From an uncultured bacterium (GTDB lineage: Bacteria > Margulisbacteria > WOR-1 > CAVSGV01): a stretch of DNA of 64,000 nucleotides. Below are positions 33,200-44,087 of the stretch, one piece after another. The DNA lies in assembly GCA_963768305.1 (NCBI GenBank), contig CAVYHE010000004.1, positions 32,001 through 96,000 on the forward strand, read 5' to 3'. The notes under the pieces are model-generated. The model worked only from the letters and a program-made list of their open reading frames with translations, was not told the origin of the DNA and ran no database searches. Each line of letters opens with the position of its first letter. The stretch's first letter is position 1. The position numbers and the translations under genes are program-made.

Positions 33200-34646
33200 A
33201 GATACTCCGAATTTAAAAGAACTCAGCAAGCCCGGAAGAAAGGCATATTCCCTTCCTGAGCTTGATGTCCCTTCCGTTAATATCGACAACCTCATCCCAA
33301 AACAATTCCTTGCTGATGATCTTCCACATTTGCCTGAAGTTTCTGAAGTCGACGTCATCCGTCATTTCACCAGCCTTTCACGCAGGAATTTCGGCGTAGA
33401 CAGCGGATTTTATCCCCTCGGGTCATGCACGATGAAATACGATCCTAAGGTCAATGAAGATATAGCGAAGCTCCCGGGTTTCACTGACATCAATCCCAAT
33501 CAGGATGCTTCTCAAGTCCAGGGAATACTCGAGCTGTTATTCAATTTTGAAAAATATCTTTGCGCGATATTCGGGTTCGACGCCGCCACGCTTCAGCCGG
33601 CGGCTGGAGCACACGGCGAGCTGACATCACTGTTTATGATCAAGGCGTTCTTAAGGGATAAGGGACAGGGGTTAAGGGATAAGGTCATTGTTCCTGATTC
33701 GTCGCACGGCACGAATCCGGCTTCAGTCTCGATGGTCGGATGGAAGGCTGTTCAAGTCCGCTCGAATAAGAACGGCGGCGTGGACCTCGACGAACTGAAA
33801 AAAGCGGTCGGGCCGGATACAGCGGCGCTGATGTTGACCAACCCGAATACTTTAGGATTGTTCGATGAAAACATCCTCAAGATCGCTGATATTGTCCATA
33901 AAGCCGGCGGGCAGGTCTATTATGACGGCGCGAACGCGAACGCCACCCTTATCAAGGTGCGGCCGGCGGATCTGGGATTTGATATCGCGCATTTCAATCT
34001 TCACAAGACTTTCGCAACCCCTCACGGCGGCGGAGGACCGGGTTCCGGCCCTGTTTGTGTGAAGAAGCATCTTGAACCTTTTCTGCCTATTCCGAAGATC
34101 CTTAAAGAGCAAAACAGCTATCGGCTTACGGCTGACGGCCACACAAAAAGCATCGGCAGAGTCCATTCCTTCTTTGGCAATATCAATGTGATAGTCAAAG
34201 CATACTCATACATATCATCTCTCGGCGTTGAAGGTTTGAAAGACGTTTCGGAAAATGCTGTTCTCAATGCGAATTACATATTGAAAAGGCTGAAACCTTA
34301 TTATCATCTGCCTTACGACAAAGTATGTCAGCATGAGTTCGTCATATCGGCCGAGCATCAGAAGGAGAAATACGGAGTTAAGGCGCTGGACATCGCGAAG
34401 AGATTGATAGATTACGGATTCCATCCCCCGACGATATATTTCCCTTTGATCGTGCATGAAGCGATGATGATCGAACCCACTGAAACGGAATCAAAGGAAA
34501 CCCTTGATAGATTCTGCGATGCGATGATATCTATCGCGAAGGAATGCGAGACCGATCCCGCGCTCGTTAAAGGGGCTCCTTACTCTACACCGGTCGGCAG
34601 ATTGGATGAAACGAAGGCGGCGAGAGAACCGAGGCTTCACTGGTAA
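33192..34646 (+). CDS. gcvPB: Glycine dehydrogenase (decarboxylating) subunit 2
   Basis: [42 protein letters not shown]. Confidence 0.96.
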   Translation: MSKDTPNLKELSKPGRKAYSLPELDVPSVNIDNLIPKQFLADDLPHLPEVSEVDVIRHFTSLSRRNFGVDSGFYPLGSCTMKYDPKVNEDIAKLPGFTDINPNQDASQVQGILELLFNFEKYLCAIFGFDAATLQPAAGAHGELTSLFMIKAFLRDKGQGLRDKVIVPDSSHGTNPASVSMVGWKAVQVRSNKNGGVDLDELKKAVGPDTAALMLTNPNTLGLFDENILKIADIVHKAGGQVYYDGANANATLIKVRPADLGFDIAHFNLHKTFATPHGGGGPGSGPVCVKKHLEPFLPIPKILKEQNSYRLTADGHTKSIGRVHSFFGNINVIVKAYSYISSLGVEGLKDVSENAVLNANYILKRLKPYYHLPYDKVCQHEFVISAEHQKEKYGVKALDIAKRLIDYGFHPPTIYFPLIVHEAMMIEPTETESKETLDRFCDAMISIAKECETDPALVKGAPYSTPVGRLDETKAAREPRLHW

Positions 34647-34656
34647 ACTGCTCCTA

Positions 34657-35322
34657 ATGATAAACATCATCCCATTCAGCAAGCACTCGGGCCACTACAA
34701 CATGGACCAGGACAGGTATTTATTCGACAAATTTGAACGGGAACAGGGCCAGCCGACATTGAGTATCTACGGATGGGAAAAGCCGTGCATCTCTCTCGGG
34801 TATTCGCAGGACCCGAATATCGAGCTCAATCAATCGAATTGCAGAGAACACGGGATAGAAATAGTCAAGCGCCCCACAGGCGGCGGCATCGTTTTCCATA
34901 ATGAATATGAGGCAACATACAGCTTGATCTGCGACAAAGATGATCCCCGATTGCCGGCGGGCATGATCGAATCATATATCACCATTTCGGAGATCGTTAT
35001 CAAGGCATTGCGAAAGTTCGGCGTGAACGCCGAGATCTCAAGCTCACGGCACAATGAATCGGCAAGGTTATGTTTCAGCTACCCCGCGACATACGAGATA
35101 ACCCTGGACGGCGTCAAGATCGTCGGCAGCGCGCAAAAGAGGGGGAAGAAGGCTTTACTTCAACAGGGATCGATATTCGTCAAAAATTCAACTTTAAAAC
35201 CTGCGGATTTTATAAGAAATTGCGTTGATTTCAATTCGATCTATGATCTTTGCGGGGTGGAAATAAACAATAAAGATCTTGCGAAGGTGTTAGCTGAAGA
35301 GTTTAAAAGGGCATTTGAATAA
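34657..35322 (+). CDS. Lipoate-protein ligase / octanoyltransferase (LplA/LipM family)
   Basis: ISLGYSQ, KRPTGGG, KIVGSAQKR, LQQGS. Confidence 0.9.
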   Translation: MINIIPFSKHSGHYNMDQDRYLFDKFEREQGQPTLSIYGWEKPCISLGYSQDPNIELNQSNCREHGIEIVKRPTGGGIVFHNEYEATYSLICDKDDPRLPAGMIESYITISEIVIKALRKFGVNAEISSSRHNESARLCFSYPATYEITLDGVKIVGSAQKRGKKALLQQGSIFVKNSTLKPADFIRNCVDFNSIYDLCGVEINNKDLAKVLAEEFKRAFE

Positions 35323-35380
35323 AACCTCACAAAACCTCTTCTAGCTCTTCTTTTAATTTTCTTATATAATGGTTAAAATC

Positions 35381-35453
35381 GCCAGCGTAGCTCAGTTGGT
35401 AGAGCAGCTGATTCGTAATCAGCAGGTCGTCGGTTCGATCCCGACCGCTGGCT
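35381..35453 (+). tRNA. tRNA-Thr(CGT)
   Basis: GCCAGCG/CGCTGGC acceptor stem, GCTGA-TTCGTAA-TCAGC, GGTTCGATCC. Confidence 0.95.
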
Positions 35454-35464
35454 AATGAGAACAT

Positions 35465-35539
35465 GCCGCTGTAGCTCAACGGTAGAGCAGCTGATTTGTA
35501 ATCAGCAGGTTGGTGGTTCAAGTCCACTCGGCGGCTCCA
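35465..35539 (+). tRNA. tRNA-Thr(TGT)
   Basis: GCCGCTG/CGGCGGC acceptor stem, GCTGA-TTTGTAA-TCAGC, encoded CCA. Confidence 0.95.
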
Positions 35540-35560
35540 TAGCACTTTAGTAGAATTGAG

Positions 35561-35610
35561 GAGCCGGTGGTTCTCCCGCAACTGCGGGAAAGTTCACTCG
35601 ACGGCTTTTT
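35561..35610 (+). terminator. Probable terminator/stem-loop after the tRNA-Thr pair
   Basis: gagccg...tcccgca-ac-tgcggga...cggctt followed by a T-run. Confidence 0.5.
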
Positions 35611-35621
35611 AAAATATATCG

Positions 35622-36236
35622 ATGATAATTAAAACGATCAAAGTGGGAGAATTAAAGACGAACTGCTACATTGTGGCCTCGGAAACAACAAAGGAAGCCG
35701 TTATAATAGACCCGGGGGACGAACCTGAAAAGATCATACAAGCGATCGATGCTGAAAAGCTCAAGCCGATCTTGATCATAAATACTCACGTGCACCCCGA
35801 CCATGTGGGCGCGAATGCCTTGCTGGCTGAGAAATACGGCATCGTCGCGGCACTGGGCGAGCACGGGCTGAAATTGATGAAATTTTTCAAGGCTTATTTC
35901 GAGGAATTTTCAGGGATGAAGCTGGAAACCCTCCAGATAAAGAGGCTTCTAAAAGATGATGAGATGGTCAATATCGGCGATATCGAATTAAATGTCATTG
36001 CGACTCCCGGCCATTCTAAAGGGAGCATCTGCCTTTTTGGCGGGGGCAATCTGTTCAGCGGGGATACTCTTTTTGCGGGAACATACGGAAGGACGGATAT
36101 CCCGGGCGGAAGCGAACAGGAAATATTGGAAAGCATTGAAAAACTCATGAAACTTCCCGATGATACCATTGTTTATCCTGGGCATGGTTCTCCGACAACT
36201 ATCGGGGATGAAAGGTCTCTATATGCCGAAAATTAG
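35622..36236 (+). CDS. MBL-fold metallo-hydrolase (glyoxalase II-like)
   Basis: THVHPDHVG, TPGHSKG, FSGDTLF, YPGHG. Confidence 0.92.
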   Translation: MIIKTIKVGELKTNCYIVASETTKEAVIIDPGDEPEKIIQAIDAEKLKPILIINTHVHPDHVGANALLAEKYGIVAALGEHGLKLMKFFKAYFEEFSGMKLETLQIKRLLKDDEMVNIGDIELNVIATPGHSKGSICLFGGGNLFSGDTLFAGTYGRTDIPGGSEQEILESIEKLMKLPDDTIVYPGHGSPTTIGDERSLYAEN

Positions 36237-37161
36237 CCTGTTCTACGGCGACGAAGATTTCCTGCTTGATGAAGAGCTGAAAAAGATCAAAAAAGGATAT
36301 ACGGAATTCAATATTGAACGCATCGACGCGGAAAAGACAGGGACGGATAATATCATTTCCGCCTTGACCACATGCCCTTTGCTTGGTGGACAGCGCCTTG
36401 TCATGATAGATTCCTATGACGGCGGCGATGAGGAAAATGAAGAACTGTTCAATGTTCTGCGCGGTCTTGATGACAGCGTGAAGGTCATATTCATTGATTA
36501 TAGCGGCCCCGATAAAAGGAAAAAATTCTTCAAATTCATGGAGAAGAACGGCGAAACAAGGGAATTCAGAAGATTCAATGAATGGGAGCAGGACAAGGCG
36601 CTTGCGTGGACAGTGAACCGGGTCAGGGCCGACAATAAAAAAATATCAAGCCGTGCGGCGAACCTTTTGCTTGAAATAGCCGGCTTGAACCTGAGGATGC
36701 TTGACAAGGAGATAGAAAAGATCGTTACTTTTATCGGGGGCAGGGATGTCATAGAAGAAAGTGACGTATCAGGTCTGGCTAGCTCAGGAGAAACAGATGC
36801 TTTTGCATTGTCCAACGCTTTAAGGGACAGGGATGTGCGCGAAGCTATAAAATGCCTGAGCAGATATTTCAAGGACAATCAGGACCCTCACAGCCTCATA
36901 GGAATGCTTGCAAAGCTTTACAGGATGCTCATTCAGGTGAAGTGCCTGGAAGAAAAAGGGCTTTCGCAGTTCGAAATCGCCAAAGAGCTTCACGCAAAGC
37001 CGTTCTTTATCAAAAAATGCGCGGAAAAGACAGGGAAATTCACCGTTCGTGAATTATCGGCCTTCATACAGAAGCTCCATCATGCGGACCTGAAAATGAA
37101 GAGCGGGGCTTCGCCAAAATTGACGCTGGAAATGCTCATCCCGGAATTGTGCAATGGATAG
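36223..37161 (+). CDS. holA: DNA polymerase III subunit delta
   Basis: LFYGDEDFL, DKRKKFFK, LDKEIEK, ADLKMKSG. Confidence 0.88.
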   Translation: MPKISLFYGDEDFLLDEELKKIKKGYTEFNIERIDAEKTGTDNIISALTTCPLLGGQRLVMIDSYDGGDEENEELFNVLRGLDDSVKVIFIDYSGPDKRKKFFKFMEKNGETREFRRFNEWEQDKALAWTVNRVRADNKKISSRAANLLLEIAGLNLRMLDKEIEKIVTFIGGRDVIEESDVSGLASSGETDAFALSNALRDRDVREAIKCLSRYFKDNQDPHSLIGMLAKLYRMLIQVKCLEEKGLSQFEIAKELHAKPFFIKKCAEKTGKFTVRELSAFIQKLHHADLKMKSGASPKLTLEMLIPELCNG

Positions 37162-38890
37162 GGCCTTCGAAATAAGCCGATTGCAGATCGGGCGGGCAAG
37201 GGCCGTGCATTTCCTGGGATTTTTGCTCTCTCTCCTTTTTTTACTGGCTTTCAGGTCGTTCTATCTTCAGGTGGTAAGGCATGATTTTTTTCTGGATAAG
37301 GCGAATGAACAGCGCAAAAGGATAATAACGCTTTTGCCGGACAGAGGCGATATTTATGACCGCAACGGCAACCTGCTCGCGACTTCCATAAAGGCATTCT
37401 CGGTGTTCATCGTTCCATCGGAAGTAAAAAATAAGCCCGGGACGGCCGCCATACTTTCAAAGTTATTACATATCAAGACATCGGATATTCTCGAGGAAAT
37501 GGATTCGGACAAGCCGTTCGTCTGGGTTACGAGGAAAATAGAGGAGCCGCTTGCGCAGAAAATAAAAGCAAAAAATCTTTCAGGCATAAATCTGCTGTCA
37601 GAGAAAAAAAGGGAGTATCCCAAGAACCGGCTTGCTTCACAGATCCTCGGCTTTGTCGGCATGGACAATGAAGGCCTCTCCGGGATCGAAATTTCCTGCG
37701 ATAAATATCTGAAAGGGGAAGCGGGGCTGCTTATAACCGAAGTCGACCCGAGCCGCCGTGAGATAATGACGTCGAATTTAAGGGTCATTAAGGAACCGAC
37801 GAACGGCGGGAATATCACCCTCACTATCGATGAGCCTATACAATATAAAGCTGAGACAGAAATAAAGAAAATGACGGAATCCTCACATTCCATTTCGGGC
37901 AGCATCATAGTGATGGATATAAAGACCGGCGAAATACTTGCCATTGCATCATTCCCGGATTTCGATCCGAATAGTTACCAGAAATTCAAACAGGATGTCT
38001 GGTACAACCATGTTGTCACGGATGTTTACGAGCCGGGTTCCACTTTCAAACTCGTGACCGTTGCAAGCGGACTGGAAGAAGGTGTCATAACCCCGAACAG
38101 CGTGGTCTATTGTCCCGATGAGATCAATGTCGGGGGACGCATCATTAAGAATTCGCATGAATTGAAATTAACGAAGAGAGACCTTTCTCTTGGTGAGATA
38201 CTTGGCGAATCCGTGAACACCGGCGCGGTCCAGATAGCACTTAAGATCGGCCCCGAGAATTTCTATAAAAATTTAAAAAATTTCGGATTCGGTGATCAGA
38301 CCGGAATAGAACTTATGGGCGAATCAAAAGGGATCCTTTATGAGCCCTCTCTCTGGGACAAACCGGACATAGGCATGCTTGCTTTCGGGCAGAGCATTGC
38401 TGTCACTCCCGTGCAGCTGCTTGCATCGTTATCATCAATTGCCAATGGCGGCATAAGGATGAGGCCTCATCTGATAAAAAAAATAGAGAACGATGACGCT
38501 GATTTTTATAAAGAATATTCCCCTGAATCACGCGGGCGCGCGATATCGCCGAAGACCGCAAGAGAAATGCTGGCCCTTTGCGAGGATGCGGTTGAGCACG
38601 GAACGGGCCATCTCGCGAAGATAGACGGGTTCAGGGTGGGCGGGAAAACAGGGACAGCTCAAAAAGTTAAGCCTGAAGGAAAGGGATATATGGACGGCCA
38701 TTATATCTCCTCTTTCATCGGATTCACTCCCCTGGATGACCCAAGCATCGCGCTTCTAGTCATAATGAATGATCCGAAGCCCGTCATCTGGGGAGAAAAG
38801 GTGGCCGCGCCGGTGTTCAAGAATGTGGCGGAATTCGCCCTTAGAAGGCTTGATATTGCGCCCGACAAAAAAGAAAGTTCTGTGATATAA
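37154..38890 (+). CDS. Class B penicillin-binding protein (FtsI/SpoVD-like)
   Basis: RGDIYDRNG, EPGSTFK (SxxK), SVN, GKTGTAQ. Confidence 0.94.
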   Translation: MDRAFEISRLQIGRARAVHFLGFLLSLLFLLAFRSFYLQVVRHDFFLDKANEQRKRIITLLPDRGDIYDRNGNLLATSIKAFSVFIVPSEVKNKPGTAAILSKLLHIKTSDILEEMDSDKPFVWVTRKIEEPLAQKIKAKNLSGINLLSEKKREYPKNRLASQILGFVGMDNEGLSGIEISCDKYLKGEAGLLITEVDPSRREIMTSNLRVIKEPTNGGNITLTIDEPIQYKAETEIKKMTESSHSISGSIIVMDIKTGEILAIASFPDFDPNSYQKFKQDVWYNHVVTDVYEPGSTFKLVTVASGLEEGVITPNSVVYCPDEINVGGRIIKNSHELKLTKRDLSLGEILGESVNTGAVQIALKIGPENFYKNLKNFGFGDQTGIELMGESKGILYEPSLWDKPDIGMLAFGQSIAVTPVQLLASLSSIANGGIRMRPHLIKKIENDDADFYKEYSPESRGRAISPKTAREMLALCEDAVEHGTGHLAKIDGFRVGGKTGTAQKVKPEGKGYMDGHYISSFIGFTPLDDPSIALLVIMNDPKPVIWGEKVAAPVFKNVAEFALRRLDIAPDKKESSVI

Positions 38891-38900
38891 TTTGAAAAAC

Positions 38901-39887
38901 ATGATAAAGAAGAAGGTTTTATCCGGGATCCAGCCGTCCGGCAAGCTCCATCTGGGGAACCTTGTCGGGGCAATTTCGAACTGGGTCAAGCTTCAGGATA
39001 AGTACGACTGCCATTATTTCATTGCCGATCTTCATGCTTTAACAACGGGATACGCCGACACGGACAAATTGAAAGCTAATGTAATGGATGTGGCCATTGA
39101 TATGCTCAGCGCGGGGCTTGATCCCGAAAAGTCAACGCTTTTCATCCAGTCCGATATCCCCGAGCACAGCGAGCTTCATCTCATGTTCTCCATGATAACC
39201 CCGCTTCCGTGGCTTGAAAGGATCCCCACGTATAAATCGCAGATCGCCGAGCTGAAGGAAAAAGACCTCGGTACTTATGGATTCCTGGGTTATCCGGTCC
39301 TCCAGGCGGCGGATATACTTATATATAAAGCTGATTACGTTCCTGTGGGGCAGGACCAGCTTCCGCATCTGGAATTCACCAGGGAGATAGCGCGCAGGTT
39401 CAATCATCTGTACAAGGAAATATTCCCTATCCCAGAGGACCTTCTTACGGAAGCGGCTGTCCTGCCGGGACTGGACGGAAGGAAGATGAGCAAAAGCTAC
39501 GGCAATATAATAGCCATATCCGATCCGCCGGAAGTCGTGGCGCGCAGGGTGGGCGAGGCGGTGACGGATCCCGCGAGAGTAAAAAAGGGTGACAAAGGAC
39601 ATCCGGATATATGCGTGATCTACGCTTACCATAAATTATTCAATAAGGAAGAGGCAAAAAGGATAAAAGTGGATTGTTCCGGCGCGAAGATCGGCTGCGT
39701 TGAATGCAAAAAGATCGATCGCGGAGAAGCTGAATGAGTTCCTTGCGCCCATTTATGAAAAAAGAAAAGCGCTGGAAAAGAACAAGGAACATGTTCGGGA
39801 GGTGTTCGCTGAAGGGAACAAGAAAGCGCAGGCAGAACGCCAGGCGAGACTCTCGCCGAAGCGAAAGAAGCGATGGGAATTAAGTGA
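38901..39887 (+). CDS. trpS: Tryptophan--tRNA ligase; indels near 39715 and 39840
   Basis: SGIQPSG.LHLGN, YPVLQAADI, VPVGQDQ, KMSKS; C-terminus ETLAEAKEAMGIK*. Confidence 0.95.
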
Positions 39888-40668
39888 TGCAGAGCGAAGT
39901 GAAAAATGAAGCGATCGAAAATGATGAAGAAGAAAAATCGCTTCTAAGTTCTTACCAGGTAAAACAGGAAGCTTTCGAAGGGCCGTTTGATCTTCTGCTG
40001 GCGCTGATCGACAAAGGCGATATCGACCTATATAAAGTGTCATTAACTGGCATTACCGCCGGGTTCATGGAACACATAAAGACCATGGACAAGCTGAACA
40101 TGGTCGTTGCCGGTGAATTCCTTCTTATGGCGGCATATCTTCTGGAAATGAAATCCAAAATGCTTCTCCCCGAAAAACCTTCTCTTGAAGATGAGGAAGA
40201 GCCTCGTCGAATGTAGAAGAAGAGCTTCTGGAGAGGCTCGCGGAATACAAGCTCTACAAGGGCCTCGCGTTGAGCCTGAAAGAGCGCAAGGAAGTGTTCC
40301 AGAAGGTTTATGCCAGGTATAAGCCGGAGGAAGCCCTGGAGGACAGGGAAATATTCCTTGTGGAAGTTTCAATGAAGGACCTGGTCGCTGCTTTCAAGCG
40401 CGTCTGGGACATTGCGGAGAGCAGGGAAAAGACATCGGAAATAATCGCAGAAGCTTTTTCTGTGGACGATAAGATCGCCGAGATCAAGGAAAAGTTAAGG
40501 AACAGCCCGGAGGGCTTGAGCTTTGATTCTCTTTTTGTCAGGTTCGTCAAGAACGAGATCATCATCACTTTTCTCGCCATACTCGAGCTGATCAGGCAGA
40601 AACTGATAAAGATCCTGCAGAGCGATACTTTCGGCGAGATATATATTTACGGGAATGCGAGGAGATAA
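39887..40668 (+). CDS. scpA: Segregation and condensation protein A; indel near 40210
   Basis: FEGPFDLLL, AGEFLLMAA...KSKMLLP, TFLAILEL. Confidence 0.9.
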
Positions 40669-41257
40669 TTTGGAAGAAGGCATGGAGATCAGCTATCCAA
40701 GACTGAAAACAATACTGGAATCGCTTTTGTTCATCACAAAAAAGCCGGTCACTCTGGAGGAGCTTCAAACGGTGACAGGCGTGGATATAAAGCTGATAGA
40801 AAAAACCCTTTATGACCTTATTGTCGAATATGACGGCAAGGGAGTTAATATCGTGAAGATAGCCGGCGGATATCACATGGTGACGAAACCTGAGAACGTT
40901 GATTTTGTCGACAAACTCATCCATTCTCCCATAGAGACAACGCTTTCCAACGCGGCGCTTGAAACACTGGCCATAATCGCCTATAAACAGCCGGTTACCA
41001 GATTAACAATTGAAAATATCAGGGGCGTCAATTCGGACGGCGTTGTGGACACTCTCGTTGATAAACGGCTTATAAAGGAAGTCGGAAAGGGTGAAGGGCT
41101 TGGAAGGCCCATCCTCTACGGAACTACGGTGGATTTCCTGAGGCATTTCGGATTGAAGGACCTGAAGGACATGTCGCCTCTGCCGGTAGATGAGATCACC
41201 GCGTTCAAAGAAGGCTCTATTCTGCCGAAAGAACAGGCACAGGAGGGATCAATATGA
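40655..41257 (+). CDS. scpB: Segregation and condensation protein B
   Basis: LESLLF, LSNAALETLAIIAYKQPVTR, IRGVNS, GRPILYGTT. Confidence 0.95.
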   Translation: MRGDNLEEGMEISYPRLKTILESLLFITKKPVTLEELQTVTGVDIKLIEKTLYDLIVEYDGKGVNIVKIAGGYHMVTKPENVDFVDKLIHSPIETTLSNAALETLAIIAYKQPVTRLTIENIRGVNSDGVVDTLVDKRLIKEVGKGEGLGRPILYGTTVDFLRHFGLKDLKDMSPLPVDEITAFKEGSILPKEQAQEGSI

Positions 41258-42165
41258 GCATCGGAAATATCTTAAAAGAAAAAAGAGAAGAGCGGAAGCT
41301 GTCCGTCGCGCAGATTTCTTCGGTCATAAGGATAAATAAGAAATACCTTCAGGCGCTGGAGGATGAAAATTTCCTTTTGCTCCCTTCTCTCGTATATGCA
41401 AAAGGCTTTTTAAAAGCGTATTCCGAATATCTGGGGCTGGACCCGAAAGGTCTTTTAAGCGAGTTATCGGAATATTTCAGGAACATAGATGAGGGCAGAA
41501 GAGCTATTGTTCCGGCGCCGAAGGGCAGGAAGAACATACCGATGCCGAAAATGCCCGATATGAATTTTGAACTGAAAATGCCTAGGTTCCCGAAGATCGA
41601 TCTTTCAAGATTTGAATTTCGATATTCGCATGCCGAAACTTCCGCAAATGCCAAAGCTCCCTGCATATGCCAAAGCGTCCGGCGATGCCAAAACTCCCGC
41701 GAGCCGCTTTGCCGAAGGTCAATTTTAATATCATCAAATATGCGGCAATGCTCGCGATATTCTTGATTATAGCGTTCTTTGCCGTGAGCCTGGTCCCGCG
41801 GATCAGTCTCTTTCCGTCCGAAAAGTAGAATGCTTATCAAGGCAAATCCGCCTGCGAACGCAAAAATATATTCCTCCTGTCGCGCCCCAAGGAAAAAGTT
41901 GCTGATGAATCAGCCGTGCCGAAGGGCAGGATCGAAGTAAAGATCCAGGCGGTTGGAAGAGCTACGATAAAGGTCTCTTCCGGCTCCATGGAATTGTTCA
42001 GTGGAACGGTAAAGCCGGGGACAAAACTCAGGTTCATAGGCAGGGAGATAAAAGTGAAGACCGACAACGGCGGAGCGATAAAAGTGATCGTCGGCGGCAA
42101 TCCTCTGGGTCTTGTCGGCGAAGACGGCGCCGCGGCGGAAAAGACATACAAGGCGTACCGAGTGA
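41254..42165 (+). CDS. RodZ-like HTH membrane protein; several indels
   Basis: SIGNILKEKRE...YLQALE...YAKGFLKAYSEYLGLD; Pro-rich linker; TM segment; C-terminal beta domain. Confidence 0.7.
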
Positions 42166-42920
42166 GCGGCACAGAAGCGCATCTCTACGAAATATTCTCC
42201 TCTTTCCAGGGCGAAGGCCTCTATATCGGCGAGCGGCAGATATTCATAAGATACCTTGATGTGCAACATGAGCTGCGCGTACTGCGATAGCGTTGACTGT
42301 CTAGTACCTCAAAAAACATTCAGAGTGGAAGAAACCCCGGGGAAAAGCGATTTCAAAATATATAATAACCCAGCGACTATCGATCAAATATGCATGTTTG
42401 TCGATCACCTGAAAGGGCCAAAGGACCTTCACCACAGCATTTCTCTGACCGGAGGAGAACCATTATTCAGATGGATATTCTGAAGAATCTGATCCCAAAG
42501 CTGAAGGAGAGGGGATTGAAGATATACCTTGAGACCAACGGCACTATGCCGGAAAGGCTGGCCGAGATCATAGATCAGGTTGATATCGTTGCCATGGATA
42601 TTAAATTGCCGAGCATGACAGGCGCTTCAGATGTGCTTGCTGAGCATAAAAAGTTCCTTGAGATCGCGATCGCGAAGGATATGTTCGTGAAGATAGTTTT
42701 TGGGAAACAGTCAAAGCCTATTGAGATCGAGAACGCTTCAAAGACAATAGCGGATATCAGCAGGGATATTCCTCTTGTGCTTCAGCCTGTCACTCCCGTT
42801 CGCGATATCAAGCACGGGCCGCTTCCGGAGCAGATGATCACATTCCATTCGATCGCGAAAAGGCATTTGGCAAATGTACGTGTGATCCCGCAAGTTCACA
42901 AGATAATGGGTCAGTTATAG
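42162..42920 (+). CDS. queE: 7-carboxy-7-deazaguanine synthase (radical SAM); indels
   Basis: EIFSSFQGEG, CNMSCAYCD, SLTGGEP, YLETNG, RVIPQVHK. Confidence 0.88.
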
Positions 42921-42947
42921 CAGATATGATTTGTTCGTAAATTGTGC

Positions 42948-42976
42948 TTGACTATGAGGCAAGTTGCTCTTAAAAT
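42948..42976 (+). promoter_or_regulatory. Sigma-70 promoter TTGACT-N17-TAAAAT
   Basis: Near-consensus boxes with 17-nt spacing upstream of the small ORF at 43019. Confidence 0.7.
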
Positions 42977-43018
42977 GCTCACAGAATAAGGGAAATAAAA
43001 CAGATCAGGAGGTGAATC

Positions 43019-43171
43019 ATGGCGGAAGTAAAAGGTTATTGCGTGAAATGCAAAAAGAAACAAACAATGGACAGCCCGAAAGAAGTCACGTTAAAGAACA
43101 AGAGGAAAGCCGTTTCGGGTAAATGCCCGAAATGCGGCACAAAGATGTTCAGGATCGGCGGAATGGCGTAG
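43019..43171 (+). CDS. 50-aa basic CxxC...CxxC protein, DUF5679-like (missed by ORF track)
   Basis: MAEVKGYCVKCKKKQTMDSPKEVTLKNKRKAVSGKCPKCGTKMFRIGGMA; AGGAGGTG RBS, own promoter and terminator. Confidence 0.85.
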   Translation: MAEVKGYCVKCKKKQTMDSPKEVTLKNKRKAVSGKCPKCGTKMFRIGGMA

Positions 43172-43190
43172 CTTGAGTTCTTAATTCAAT

Positions 43191-43235
43191 AAAGCTACCA
43201 GGTAAATTGAAGGTTACTTGGTAGCTTTTCCTTTT
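43191..43235 (+). terminator. Intrinsic terminator
   Basis: aaagctaccaggtaa...ttacttggtagcttt inverted repeat followed by a T-rich tract. Confidence 0.8.
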
Positions 43236-43266
43236 ATGTGCTTCTGAAAAATGTTATAATTCCCTC

Positions 43267-44087
43267 ATGCCTGCTGACCTGCACATTCACACGAACTTCT
43301 CGGATGGAATGTTCTCCCCTGAAGAGATAGTCAGAAAAGCCCGCGATGCGGGGCTTACAGTGATATCCATAACCGACCACGATATTATTGACGGGATCGA
43401 GCCTGCTGTGGAAGAGGGGAAAAAACTCGGCGTAAGGGTGATACCCGGCATTGAATTCACCACAGATCTCCAGGACGCCGAGTTACACATACTCGGATAC
43501 TTCATCGACCATAAGGCTGAAATGGCTGAAAGACCTGTTACTGAAGATCCGGGAAGACAGGACCAACAGGGTCTATAAGATCATGGAAAAACTGAAAAAC
43601 CTTGACGTCACCCTGAGCGCGAAGGAAGTGCTGGACCTTGCCGAAAAGGGCTCGGTGGGCAGGCCTCACGTGGCGCGCGCGCTTATTAAGGCCGGCATAG
43701 TCAGCACCATCCAGGAAGCTTTCAATAAATATCTCAATAACAACGGACCGGCATATGTTCCGCATTACCGCCTGACCCCTGCCGATGCGATACAGACCAT
43801 CATAAAAGCCGGAGGCATACCTGTGTTTGCCCATCCGGCAGTGTCCAAACGGGATGAATCTGATCCCGGAGCTTGCCGCGGAAGGATTGGCCGGGATAGA
43901 AGTATATTACGGAAAACATTCTGATCTTCAGGTAAAGCATTATCAGGCTCTTGCGAGAAAGAACGGTCTTTTGATGACCGGCGGGACGGATTTTCACGGC
44001 CTGGGGACAGGAAGGGATATCCAGCTGGGAGACATCAAACTTAATGATAAATATATCATCAAACTTGAGGAGTGGAAGAAAAAATGA
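43267..44087 (+). CDS. PHP domain phosphoesterase (TrpH/YciV-like); indels
   Basis: DLHIHT..SDG, ITDHD, GIEF, HILGY, GRPHVA, AHP, TGGTDFHG. Confidence 0.9.

Noticed and set aside
32093..34646. Orphan ABC ATPase and gcvPB without gcvPA
   Set aside because: Shared MsmX-type ATPases and split gcv loci are common, and partners may lie outside the window.
41916..42290. Apparent in-frame fusion of the RodZ C-terminus with the QueE N-terminus
   Set aside because: A GTGA start/stop overlap sits at 42162-42165 and the region has several indels, so one base error explains it.
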